Source: Pirellulales bacterium (GTDB taxonomy: Bacteria; Planctomycetota; Planctomycetia; Pirellulales; Lacipirellulaceae). Taken from it: a DNA stretch of 64,000 nt. Within the stretch, counting starts at the first letter, position 1; every line of letters starts with the position of its first letter. The position numbers and the translations under genes are program-made. Shown one piece after another: positions 1 to 7,531 of this stretch. The stretch covers positions 23,686 to 87,685 of the forward strand of contig JBFWSG010000004.1 in NCBI GenBank assembly GCA_050248495.1, read 5' to 3'. The notes beneath the pieces are model-generated. The model did no database searches. It worked only from the letters and a program-made list of their open reading frames with translations, and was not told the DNA's origin.

Positions 1-502
1 TTCCGTCAAAAAAGCGCGATTGGATCACGTCCCGCTGTTCCGTTGGCAATGTGGCCAAGGCCACTTTTAGAGCCTGCGCCGCTTCATCCCCGGCGACAGC
101 GCTGCTGGGATAATCTTCATCGAGCGCGACGAGCTCGATCAATTCGGCAACAGTACTCATCTTTCCGGCGTCGGCTGGCGTGATGCGATGCATGTCGCCG
201 CCGCGCTTCTTGCGGCGCAGCCGCTTCACCGCGTCGGCGAGCCGATGGTCCGCAATCGCCTGCAGCCACGCACGCAGTGTACCGCCAGCCGGATCGTACT
301 TGTCGAAGTCGCGGAACGCTTGCGTCAGCGAGTCTTGCAGCACGTCGTCGGCACTCAGGTGTCGACGCAGCGTCGCGGGGATATTGGCCGCGATATGCCG
401 CTCGAGGCGCGAGAAATGCGCCAACAGCAGTTGTTCAATCGCGGTCGCGTCGCCTTGGATCGCCCGATCGATCAGCTCACGTTCGACTTCGGGCTTGGCC
501 AT
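1..502 (-). CDS. ECF-type RNA polymerase sigma factor (sigma-70 family), partial; runs off the window start
   Basis: The reverse complement of 481-502 gives ATG GCC AAG CCC GAA GTC GAA (MAKPEVERELIDRAIQGDATAIEQLL...), a typical sigma-70 region 2 N-terminus. The C-terminal part (RLRRKKRGGDMHRITPADAGKMS) looks like a region-4 helix-turn-helix. This ORF is missing from the track because it is truncated by the window edge. Confidence 0.7.
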   Translation of the reverse strand, partial: MAKPEVERELIDRAIQGDATAIEQLLLAHFSRLERHIAANIPATLRRHLSADDVLQDSLTQAFRDFDKYDPAGGTLRAWLQAIADHRLADAVKRLRRKKRGGDMHRITPADAGKMSTVAELIELVALDEDYPSSAVAGDEAAQALKVALATLPTEQRDVIQSRFFDG

Positions 503-730
503 CGTTCGAAACTCCGCTGCCTGAAAGCGCTTTGCGCATCATATCCCCCAAATTGTAGGCGGTTTGCGAACAATCTCGCAAGCTGCGTACTTTGTGCCGA
601 AGTTGACGGCGACGGAAATGCGACAGCACGCCGAGGCGAATTTTTTGCTTTTTCGCGCGCGCCCCGCCGCGAAATATCGCTAGGTACTTAGGGTTGAAAT
701 CGAAGCCCTGAGAATCGAAAGGAGATTGCT

Positions 731-1414
731 ATGAGATCTACCCTCTTAATCATCGCCGTTTGGTCGTTCCCCGCGTTCGCCTACTGCCAGGCCAACGATC
801 CGATCTACCGGTTTCCGGAGCCGGCCCATTCACCGGTGCCGCTCTTTGCGTCGGATTACTGCTTCACCCAGGATCACCCGTCGACGGCAGCGGAAGGTTT
901 GCTCCGTGGCCTGGCCGCTTGGACTCATTCCCAAGGCAACTACCTGGTGAACCGCCAGCAAGCCGCGATCCTGTACGAGTATGTCCGCCACTTGGAGATA
1001 CTCAACAAACACAGTCGCGCCGAATGGAACGACTGGAAGCGCGCCCGCCGCGAGAAAAAGGTCCAAGCGAAACGCGAAAAGAATCTGGCGTCTCGCGCGG
1101 TCCGACTGCAAACGGCGTACGAGCTAAACGTCGATGAGCTGGACCGTTCCACGGGCACGATCTTCTGGCCCCAGGCGCTGCAGGCTCCGCAGTATGCTCA
1201 GCAGCGCGAGCGGCTCGACGAGTTGTATCGCCGGCAAGCGGGCTACGACAACCCGACGCCGAGCGACGCACGAGCGATCGTGGCCGAATGCGACCGGTTG
1301 ATCCGCCAGTCGAACCATGACCGCACGAAAATTGCCGCCAGCGACCACAGCGCCGCCCAGCGATTCTTGCGAGGTCTGAAGTACGAGCCTCTGTTCCGTT
1401 TGCAGGTGAACTAA
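731..1414 (+). CDS. secreted hypothetical protein (N-terminal signal peptide)
   Basis: A GGAG Shine-Dalgarno motif sits 6 nt upstream of the ATG. The N-terminus MRSTLLIIAVWSFPAFAYCQA is hydrophobic, the third codon positions are GC-rich, and an inverted repeat (gccccgtggcc...ggccacggggc) follows at 1436-1475. Confidence 0.7.
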   Translation: MRSTLLIIAVWSFPAFAYCQANDPIYRFPEPAHSPVPLFASDYCFTQDHPSTAAEGLLRGLAAWTHSQGNYLVNRQQAAILYEYVRHLEILNKHSRAEWNDWKRARREKKVQAKREKNLASRAVRLQTAYELNVDELDRSTGTIFWPQALQAPQYAQQRERLDELYRRQAGYDNPTPSDARAIVAECDRLIRQSNHDRTKIAASDHSAAQRFLRGLKYEPLFRLQVN

Positions 1415-1518
1415 CGCCGCCTGCCTCTGTGCCCCGTGGCCTGACACCACTGCCTCAATTGGTTTGGCCACGGGGCCTCTTCGATTTCACACGTCGGTCG
1501 TCCTCGTCGCGTGCGCAA

Positions 1519-1566
1519 CAAAAAAGGCCGTGGCGGCGTTTGGCCGGCCACGACCCTTTTTAAGTC
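1519..1566. terminator. A-run/hairpin/T-run element that could act as a terminator on either strand
   Basis: The sequence reads aaaaaaGGCCGTGGC..TGGCCGGCCA..CGACCcttttt. The stem pairs at 7 of 8 positions and is flanked by A6 and T5 runs. Confidence 0.35.
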
Positions 1567-2041
1567 AAACCTCCGGTTGATGGCGACGATGAGGAGTCGC
1601 TCGAAGAAAGGCGAGGTCGGGCTGTGCTGCGCACAGTCATGTGTTCGACCCTAGCCAATCGAAATTATGGTCCTCCCGACGGTATTCAACCGGAAAGTTT
1701 GATTTGGTTCGCGTCGTGTGGAATCGGATCGGTTGGTCCGCTGCGCACCTGCGACGCGTAATTGTATCGGCCGCTTTCGCCGAGGCGCTTCAACGAATCG
1801 CGCCGCGGGGAGTGAGACGATACAACATAATCGTAGTTCGCGGAAGCAGCGTTGGGAAATTATTTTTGCACGATCTGACAGCGAGCAAACGCTGTGCCGC
1901 AAACTGTGCCGGCGCGGGTAGCAAACACCGTGCCAGCGGCCGCTTCGGCTGCCAAACGCTCTTGCGGCTGCTCGTCGATTGCAGTAAAAGTTCCGCCCTC
2001 GTCGCTCGTACTCATCGATTTTCTCTGCGAGGTTGCGGAAC

Positions 2042-2488
2042 ATGGCAGCTTCAATTCCGTTCGGCTCACGGCGGTGTGGTCAACGACTGCTCGCATGCAC
2101 GGCCCGCTGGACATTGCTGATCGCGTTGGTCGGTGTCGGCAATTGGAGCGGCACCGCTGCGGGCCAGGGAAGCGCGACACCTTCGGGCAGGCCCACGATG
2201 CGGCCGCTCGACCCGGAGCATCCCGAGACTTACCGCGAGGTACTGATCTTTGGCCTGCGAGCCAAGCTCCCCTCCGAGCTGGAGTTCGTCGACTCGGTCG
2301 TCGTTGCCGTGGAGGAAGGCAAGCTCCCATCTCGACTGGTGGATCAAACCTATTTCTGGGCTCGCGCCCGCTCGGGCAGCAACGCGCTTGGCCGCTCGAA
2401 TCGCCCGATCATCTATTTCATTCCGGCCCTCGAAGCACGGGTGAAAAAGCTGCATCTCAACGTGGAACTCGCCGGTGGATTGCCGTAG
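2042..2488 (+). CDS. hypothetical secreted protein
   Basis: The ATG at 2042 starts MAASIPFGSRRCGQRLLACTARWTLLIALVGVG, which looks like a signal peptide. Codon usage is strongly GC3-biased. The upstream TTG at 2033 used by the ORF track is less likely. Confidence 0.45.
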   Translation: MAASIPFGSRRCGQRLLACTARWTLLIALVGVGNWSGTAAGQGSATPSGRPTMRPLDPEHPETYREVLIFGLRAKLPSELEFVDSVVVAVEEGKLPSRLVDQTYFWARARSGSNALGRSNRPIIYFIPALEARVKKLHLNVELAGGLP

Positions 2489-2601
2489 CAGAGCGGGGCT
2501 CGTTGGTTCTCCACCCGGTAGTCAGCGGCAGCCCAATCGGTTAAGATTGTCCCCTTGGGGCGCGAGCGCCGAGTTTTCTCCCCCTACCCAGTGGTTGGAT
2601 C

Positions 2602-2919
2602 ATGGCCCGGAAAGTAGTCAGTCGCAAAGAAAAACGAGCGGAAGTCGAAGCGGCGGAAAAGGCCGGCAAAAAGACGACGGCTACCAAGACCAAGAAGGAA
2701 CCGGGCGCCAAGGCGGCCCCCAAGCGCAAGAGCAGGGCCAAGGCGACCAAGGACATCCGCCTGAAGGCCTTCTGGGGCGTGTTCAATCAAACGCTCAAGC
2801 GGATCGCGCTATTCGAATACAGCGAGCGCAAGAAGGCGGATAAGATGGCCGCCGAGCTCACCGCCAACGGCAAGTCGCCCCACTTCGTCCAGCTGGTAAA
2901 AGACGTCGTGCAAGAGTAG
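2602..2919 (+). CDS. lysine/alanine-rich basic protein, histone H1-like / possibly nucleoid-associated
   Basis: The N-terminal ~55 aa are KKTTATKTKKEPGAKAAPKRKSRAKATK, low-complexity and highly basic. A non-repetitive C-terminal domain follows (FWGVFNQTLKRIALFEYSERKK...). Confidence 0.55.
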   Translation: MARKVVSRKEKRAEVEAAEKAGKKTTATKTKKEPGAKAAPKRKSRAKATKDIRLKAFWGVFNQTLKRIALFEYSERKKADKMAAELTANGKSPHFVQLVKDVVQE

Positions 2920-2943
2920 CGGCCCACAAGAATAGCGGCCCAC

Positions 2944-2965
2944 ATAGCCCGGCCATCCTGGCCGG
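2944..2965. repeat. REP-like palindromic unit, type A (ATAGCC + CCGGCCATCCTGGCCGG)
   Basis: CCGGCCA-TCC-TGGCCGG is a perfect hairpin. The same unit recurs at about 12352 and 40489. Confidence 0.7.
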
Positions 2966-3008
2966 TGCTGAGGCCGCGCTTTGTATTTCTTCGCCGATCG
3001 GCCCGGTT

Positions 3009-3030
3009 CGACCCAGGATGGGTCGGCTAT
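3009..3030. repeat. REP-like palindromic unit, type B (CGACCCAGGATGGGTCGGCTAT)
   Basis: CGACCCA-GGA-TGGGTCG is a perfect hairpin followed by GCTAT. It is the reverse-orientation analogue of type A and recurs twice at 40440-40488. Confidence 0.7.
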
Positions 3031-3038
3031 TTGCGCTG

Positions 3039-3135
3039 TCAGCCGCCGAGCACCGCGGTGAGCTTCTCCTTCGTCGCCGGGTCGTCGAACTCCAACTTGC
3101 CGAAGCCGCGATGGGCGCCGGCCGCGACTGCCGCA
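3039..3135 (-). pseudogene. 3'-terminal fragment (about 31 codons plus stop) of the receiver-like gene found intact at 5242-5610
   Basis: About 95 bp are roughly 90% identical to 5242-5340. The fragment translates to AAVAAGAHRGFGKLEFDDPATKEKLTAVLGG*, against AAVAAGAHRGFGKLEFDDPATREKLAAVLG* in the intact gene. Upstream of the fragment the similarity stops abruptly. The rest of the 3039..3689 minus-strand track ORF is antisense to the sigma-factor gene. Confidence 0.65.
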
Positions 3136-3239
3136 GGCTGGCGATTCTTCAGCACCGAGACACTTTCCGCGAAATGATTCGTGCCCTGTGGCGACTTGTA
3201 TGATGAAACGCGCAAGGCTGACGCGGTTCGGGTGCTCCG

Positions 3240-3776
3240 ATGACGGATTGGGATGACCTGGTGTGCCGAGAGGGACCGGCCGTTTGGCGGACGGCCTATC
3301 GGCTCATCGGGAATCAGGCTGACGCCGACGAGTGCTTTCAGGAGACGTTTCTCGCGGCACTGGAGCTGTCGCAGCGTCAGCCAGTTCGCAATTGGCCCGC
3401 GTTGCTGCAACGGCTCGCTACGACTCGCGCGGTCGACCGCATACGCAGCCGGATGCGGCGCAGACGGAGCGAAGAAGTCGCCGACGTCGCCTCCGCTGTA
3501 GGAAGCGAACCTGACCCGGCCGAGCAGATTGAAAGCAAAGAGTTGGTCGAAGCGCTGCGTTGGGCGGTGGCTCAATTGCCCGCCCGGCAGGCCGAGGCCT
3601 TCTGCCTTCATGAATTTGCCGACTGGAGCTTCGAGCAGGTTGCCGAGCAGCTGGGCACCACAGTCAACGCCGCGACGGTGCTGCTCCATCGCGCCCGACA
3701 GAAGCTACAAGAGCTGTTGAAGATGCAAAACTGTCTTTCGGCCGCACTCGACGAGCAGCGGCCAATTAGGGAATAG
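3240..3776 (+). CDS. ECF RNA polymerase sigma factor (sigma-70 family, regions 2 and 4)
   Basis: CFQETFLAALELSQ is region 2.2-like. EQVAEQLGTTVNAATVLLHRARQKLQELL is a region 4.2 helix-turn-helix. Confidence 0.9.
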   Translation: MTDWDDLVCREGPAVWRTAYRLIGNQADADECFQETFLAALELSQRQPVRNWPALLQRLATTRAVDRIRSRMRRRRSEEVADVASAVGSEPDPAEQIESKELVEALRWAVAQLPARQAEAFCLHEFADWSFEQVAEQLGTTVNAATVLLHRARQKLQELLKMQNCLSAALDEQRPIRE

Positions 3777-3780
3777 CGCC

Positions 3781-5232
3781 ATGACCGGCACGCATCGCAA
3801 CGAAGAATCCGAGGAGCTCTTGAATCGAGCTGTGGCCACAACTAGGCAACTGCCGCTGCCGACCGGGCCCTCGCCAGCCATCATGTCGCGAACTTTGGTG
3901 GCCTTGCGTGAGGCCGCGAGCCAGCCAGATATCACCTTTTTGCAAAGGATATATCACATGCCATGGACAACCAAAATAGCGGCGGCGTTGGCCACGGCAG
4001 CCAGTTTGTTGGTTGTATACGTGGGCCTATCGAACTTAACGGGCAGCGCACCGGCGTTTGCCGACGTCGTGGAAGTATTGAACAGCGTGCGTAGCGCCAC
4101 CTGGAAAACCACGACGGAGATCAAAGAGCTTCAAGAGGGATCAGTCTCATTGCTGGGCGGTGGAGTCACCACCACCAGAAGCTACGCCGCCGCGAGCGAG
4201 GAGAAGAGGCCTCAAAATGAGACCGGCGCAATGCGTGGCGCCGCGGAACGTGTGTCCACAGATGAGAACAGAGGCCCTCAAAACGAAACCGTCACTTTTG
4301 CCGGAGTTGGAATGTTCCTGGCACCTGCCCACGAACGAATGGAGTCTACCGGTCAGGGTGTGAAATCGATTCAAATCGTGGACGGTGAGAAGGACCAAGC
4401 ACTCACCCTGATTCCGGCCACGAAAATGGCCATCGTTATCCAGCTTAAAAACCTGCCACCAGGGCGCGAGAGTCCTTTCGGCAAGACTTTCCAAGGCTTG
4501 CGAGAGCTTGTTGTAGACGCCCAAAGTGGCAAAACGGGTAAGGCGGAGCGGCTTGGCGTCGAAACGATCGACGGCCGCCCTGCTGAGGGATTTCGAATTC
4601 AACTGGGCTCCACCGAAGTGAAGATCTGGGCCGATCCCAAAACTTTGCTGCCCGTCCGCGTCGAACAGACTACGACCTCCGGGCCGAAAGTCCGCCACGT
4701 GATGTCCGATTTTAAAGTCGACGTGGAACTCAACAAGGAATTGTTCAGCCTTGAATTGCCCAAAGGCTATACGCTCCAACAAACGGCACAGATCGACCTC
4801 GCGAAGGACCCGATCCACTATCTGGCGGAGACGCTGCGGCTCACGGCCGAAGTCAATGACGGTGTCTTTCCGCCCACGTTGCGCGGTGACGACGGCATCG
4901 ACGGAATTCTGATGCGATCGCCAGAAAAGTTGGCGAAAGCCATGGGCTCAGGCGCCGAGACTCCACAGCAATCAAGAGATACGGGAATCAAACTTTCTAT
5001 GAATCTCGGCGCTACGTTCGGCTTCTTAGGTGTACTCTCGGCTGAACAAAACGACTGGCACTACGCGGGCAAGGACGTCAAACTGAACGCGCCAAACCGG
5101 CCGATCTTCTGGCTCAGGCGCCACAAAGCGAGCGAGACCTACCAGGTGCTGTACGCCGATTTGAGCGTCAAAGAGGTTTCGCGGGAAAATGTGCCGAAGG
5201 CGCCGGCTCCGAATCCGCAGCCCGGGCCATGA
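3781..5232 (+). CDS. putative anti-sigma factor / single-pass membrane protein cognate to the upstream ECF sigma factor
   Basis: The gene starts 5 nt after the sigma factor stop. A cytoplasmic N-terminus is followed by one transmembrane helix (IAAALATAASLLVVYVGL) and a large extracytoplasmic domain with an internal RPQNET/GPQNET repeat. Confidence 0.6.
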   Translation: MTGTHRNEESEELLNRAVATTRQLPLPTGPSPAIMSRTLVALREAASQPDITFLQRIYHMPWTTKIAAALATAASLLVVYVGLSNLTGSAPAFADVVEVLNSVRSATWKTTTEIKELQEGSVSLLGGGVTTTRSYAAASEEKRPQNETGAMRGAAERVSTDENRGPQNETVTFAGVGMFLAPAHERMESTGQGVKSIQIVDGEKDQALTLIPATKMAIVIQLKNLPPGRESPFGKTFQGLRELVVDAQSGKTGKAERLGVETIDGRPAEGFRIQLGSTEVKIWADPKTLLPVRVEQTTTSGPKVRHVMSDFKVDVELNKELFSLELPKGYTLQQTAQIDLAKDPIHYLAETLRLTAEVNDGVFPPTLRGDDGIDGILMRSPEKLAKAMGSGAETPQQSRDTGIKLSMNLGATFGFLGVLSAEQNDWHYAGKDVKLNAPNRPIFWLRRHKASETYQVLYADLSVKEVSRENVPKAPAPNPQPGP

Positions 5233-5241
5233 GGCAATTGG

Positions 5242-5610
5242 CTATCCCAGCACCGCCGCGAGCTTCTCTCTCGTCGCCGGGTCGTCGAACTCCAACTTGC
5301 CGAAGCCGCGATGGGCTCCGGCCGCGACTGCCGCGTCCTGGTGATCGGCGTAGTTGGTGACGAGCATCACCGGCACATGGGCGACTTCGGCCGCCCGTTT
5401 GATCTCCCGCAGGATCTCGATGCCGTCCGAGTAGTCGGCGTCCAGCTTGCGGTTGATCAGCACCAGGTCGAAGTGGCCGGCGCGCAGCTCGGAGAGCGTA
5501 TCGGAGAGGCCGTGCGTCTGCACGATCTCGACATCGAAGTGGTTGGTGAGGTAACGTCGGATCGCGGCGTGGTCCGGCCCGCATTGCCCCACGTCGAGCA
5601 CGCGCTTCAC
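5242..5610 (-). CDS. receiver-like (CheY-fold) single-domain protein, atypical
   Basis: It is 122 aa with an alternating beta/alpha pattern and conserved-looking Thr (VMLVTNY) and Lys (GFGKLEF). The phospho-acceptor position appears to be Asn (DLVLIN), not Asp. Its start overlaps the upstream PQQ-propeller gene by 4 nt (5607-5610). Confidence 0.5.
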   Translation of the reverse strand: MKRVLDVGQCGPDHAAIRRYLTNHFDVEIVQTHGLSDTLSELRAGHFDLVLINRKLDADYSDGIEILREIKRAAEVAHVPVMLVTNYADHQDAAVAAGAHRGFGKLEFDDPATREKLAAVLG

Positions 5611-7400
5611 GACTTTGATTCCTTGTCGGCTGCTTTTTTGTCGTCCTTCTTGACGTCCTGCTTGCCGGCGGCCGCATCCTGCGAGGTATCTTTCTTCGGC
5701 GGCGCCTTGGGCTCGGCGCCTTCCTGGATCGCGAATAGGTGGGTGCGGTTGGCGATGTAGAGTACGTTGTCGGCGACGACGGGCGTGCTGTAGACGCTGT
5801 TGCCCATGTTGATTTCACCCAGCGCCGGCATATCGTCTTCCATGGCCACCTTTGGATCGGCTGAGTGACGGAAGATCGCGACGTCGCCATCTTCATCGCC
5901 GACATAGACTTTGCCGTCGACGATCAGCGGCGAGCCCCAGGCCGCGGCCAGCATGTCGTACACCCAGTTCACCTTGCCGGTCTTGGCGTTGAGGCAGTGG
6001 AACAACCCGCTGAAGTCCGCGATGTACAAGATGTCGTCCTTGATCGCCACGGTGCCCACAGTGCGGTGCATCGTTTCTTCAAAGTCGATCTCACCATCGC
6101 CGTTCGTGTCCTGGCTGGCGTAGTGCCAGATGACGGCCGAATTCGGATTCGGCCGCGCGAAGTCGCCCTCTTCCTTCACCACGGCCTGCAACCGCTTCGG
6201 CGGAATCGGCGTCGACGGGTCCTTCGAGTTGAAAGCCAGTTCCGGCGACACGTCGCCCCGCTTGGTCGGGTCGATGCAATACAAATGTCCGATGCCTTCG
6301 CCGTGCTCCGGATCCTCGCCGACCGCCACATACACCAGGCCGTCGTAAATTACCGGCGTGGCGATGATGTGGTTCCGCGTGGCCTTGCCGCTCACGGTGT
6401 AGAACGCATCCTTCGGGTTGGCGTCGAACTTCCAAAGCAACTTGGCATTGCCTTTGCCATCGCCCTCGGGAACGAAGCTGTAGACCCAGCCGTCCCCGCC
6501 GGCGAATAGAACTTGCGGCACTCCGCCCAGAACTCCATAAGTCGGCGACGACCACTGGCCGTGCAAAATGTTCAGCCCCGGCGAGCGGTCGGTCCAGAGC
6601 ACCTTCTTCGTGTCCTTATCCATTACGAAAAAACTCGGAGCATCCGGCGCGGGGATATAGTTGTGCTCGACGTCGACGCCGTTCGAAGTGTTGACGAACA
6701 ACAACTTGCCGGCGTCCGTCACCGAGCAGCTGCACATGTTGTGCTGCGAGATGCCCATCTCCTTCATCATGTCGAAGACCCAGATGACGTCGGCCTCGTC
6801 GTCGGTCGTGAACTGCTCGTCTTTATACGGCCCGTCATTTTCGCCGTCGTGGAAGCCCTCCGTGTCGAGGCAGCGGACCTCGCCGCGATTGGTGACAAAC
6901 CACAGCTTGTGGTCCTCGACCAGCGGCGCGGAGCAGACGCCCTGTTGCGGCCAATCGTGGACGCGCCCCGTCGGCAGCTTCTCGCTCGAATGCTGCCAGA
7001 GGAACCGACCGTCCTTGATGTCGAACGCCAACAGGCACCCCAAGTCGACGCTCGCCGGATAGCGGCTCAGCCAGCCGCCGTAGTTGTTAGTGCCGACAAA
7101 GACCTTGCCGTCGGCAACCACCGGATTGCCGTAGCTCTGCGAGCCGAGCTTGGCGACCCATTTGATATTCTTCGAGCCGGTCGGGTCCCAATCGCCCGTG
7201 CGGAGATTGAATTTGCCGACCTTCCATTCGCTCGGGATGTTGTGGCCGACCGCGACGTTATTGCGGCTGGACGAAATTCCCCATTGATTCACTTCGTGGG
7301 TGACCTTGTCATTCGTGTCGACGGCGTCGCCTGCAACCGCCGCCATACCAACAACACAGCATCCGCCCGTCACGATCAGCTTCAATAGCCAAAACTTCAT
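5607..7400 (-). CDS. PQQ-like beta-propeller repeat protein (BamB/PQQ enzyme-repeat family), secreted
   Basis: It has a signal peptide. Repeated motifs such as G.VY.G..DG.L.A.D..TGK..W recur throughout. The C-terminus is a lysine-rich tail. Confidence 0.8.
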   Translation of the reverse strand: MKFWLLKLIVTGGCCVVGMAAVAGDAVDTNDKVTHEVNQWGISSSRNNVAVGHNIPSEWKVGKFNLRTGDWDPTGSKNIKWVAKLGSQSYGNPVVADGKVFVGTNNYGGWLSRYPASVDLGCLLAFDIKDGRFLWQHSSEKLPTGRVHDWPQQGVCSAPLVEDHKLWFVTNRGEVRCLDTEGFHDGENDGPYKDEQFTTDDEADVIWVFDMMKEMGISQHNMCSCSVTDAGKLLFVNTSNGVDVEHNYIPAPDAPSFFVMDKDTKKVLWTDRSPGLNILHGQWSSPTYGVLGGVPQVLFAGGDGWVYSFVPEGDGKGNAKLLWKFDANPKDAFYTVSGKATRNHIIATPVIYDGLVYVAVGEDPEHGEGIGHLYCIDPTKRGDVSPELAFNSKDPSTPIPPKRLQAVVKEEGDFARPNPNSAVIWHYASQDTNGDGEIDFEETMHRTVGTVAIKDDILYIADFSGLFHCLNAKTGKVNWVYDMLAAAWGSPLIVDGKVYVGDEDGDVAIFRHSADPKVAMEDDMPALGEINMGNSVYSTPVVADNVLYIANRTHLFAIQEGAEPKAPPKKDTSQDAAAGKQDVKKDDKKAADKESKS

Positions 7401-7531
7401 CGCTTACACCTTCAGTTCAATCGCACAATTGTCTCACGCCAACGCGCGAATGCGCACAGGGGAGCAGTTGTGTTGAAAATCGTTTCGAATTGTCTTGTTC
7501 TTCGCGCCTTAGCGCCTTTGCGTGAGATAAA

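Noticed and set aside
1641-2043. ORFs 1641..2120 (+), 1651..2043 (-) and a 51-codon minus-strand ORF ending near 1868
   Set aside because: Each has low-complexity, Arg-rich translations or weak GC3 bias, and no Shine-Dalgarno or recognisable domains. The region may be a promoter or UTR for 2042-2488 and is left unannotated.
3136-3689. Upper part of the 216-aa minus-strand ORF 3039..3689
   Set aside because: It is antisense to the well-supported ECF sigma gene 3240-3776. Only its 3' ~95 bp (3039-3135) resemble a real gene (a receiver fragment), and these are kept as a pseudogene.
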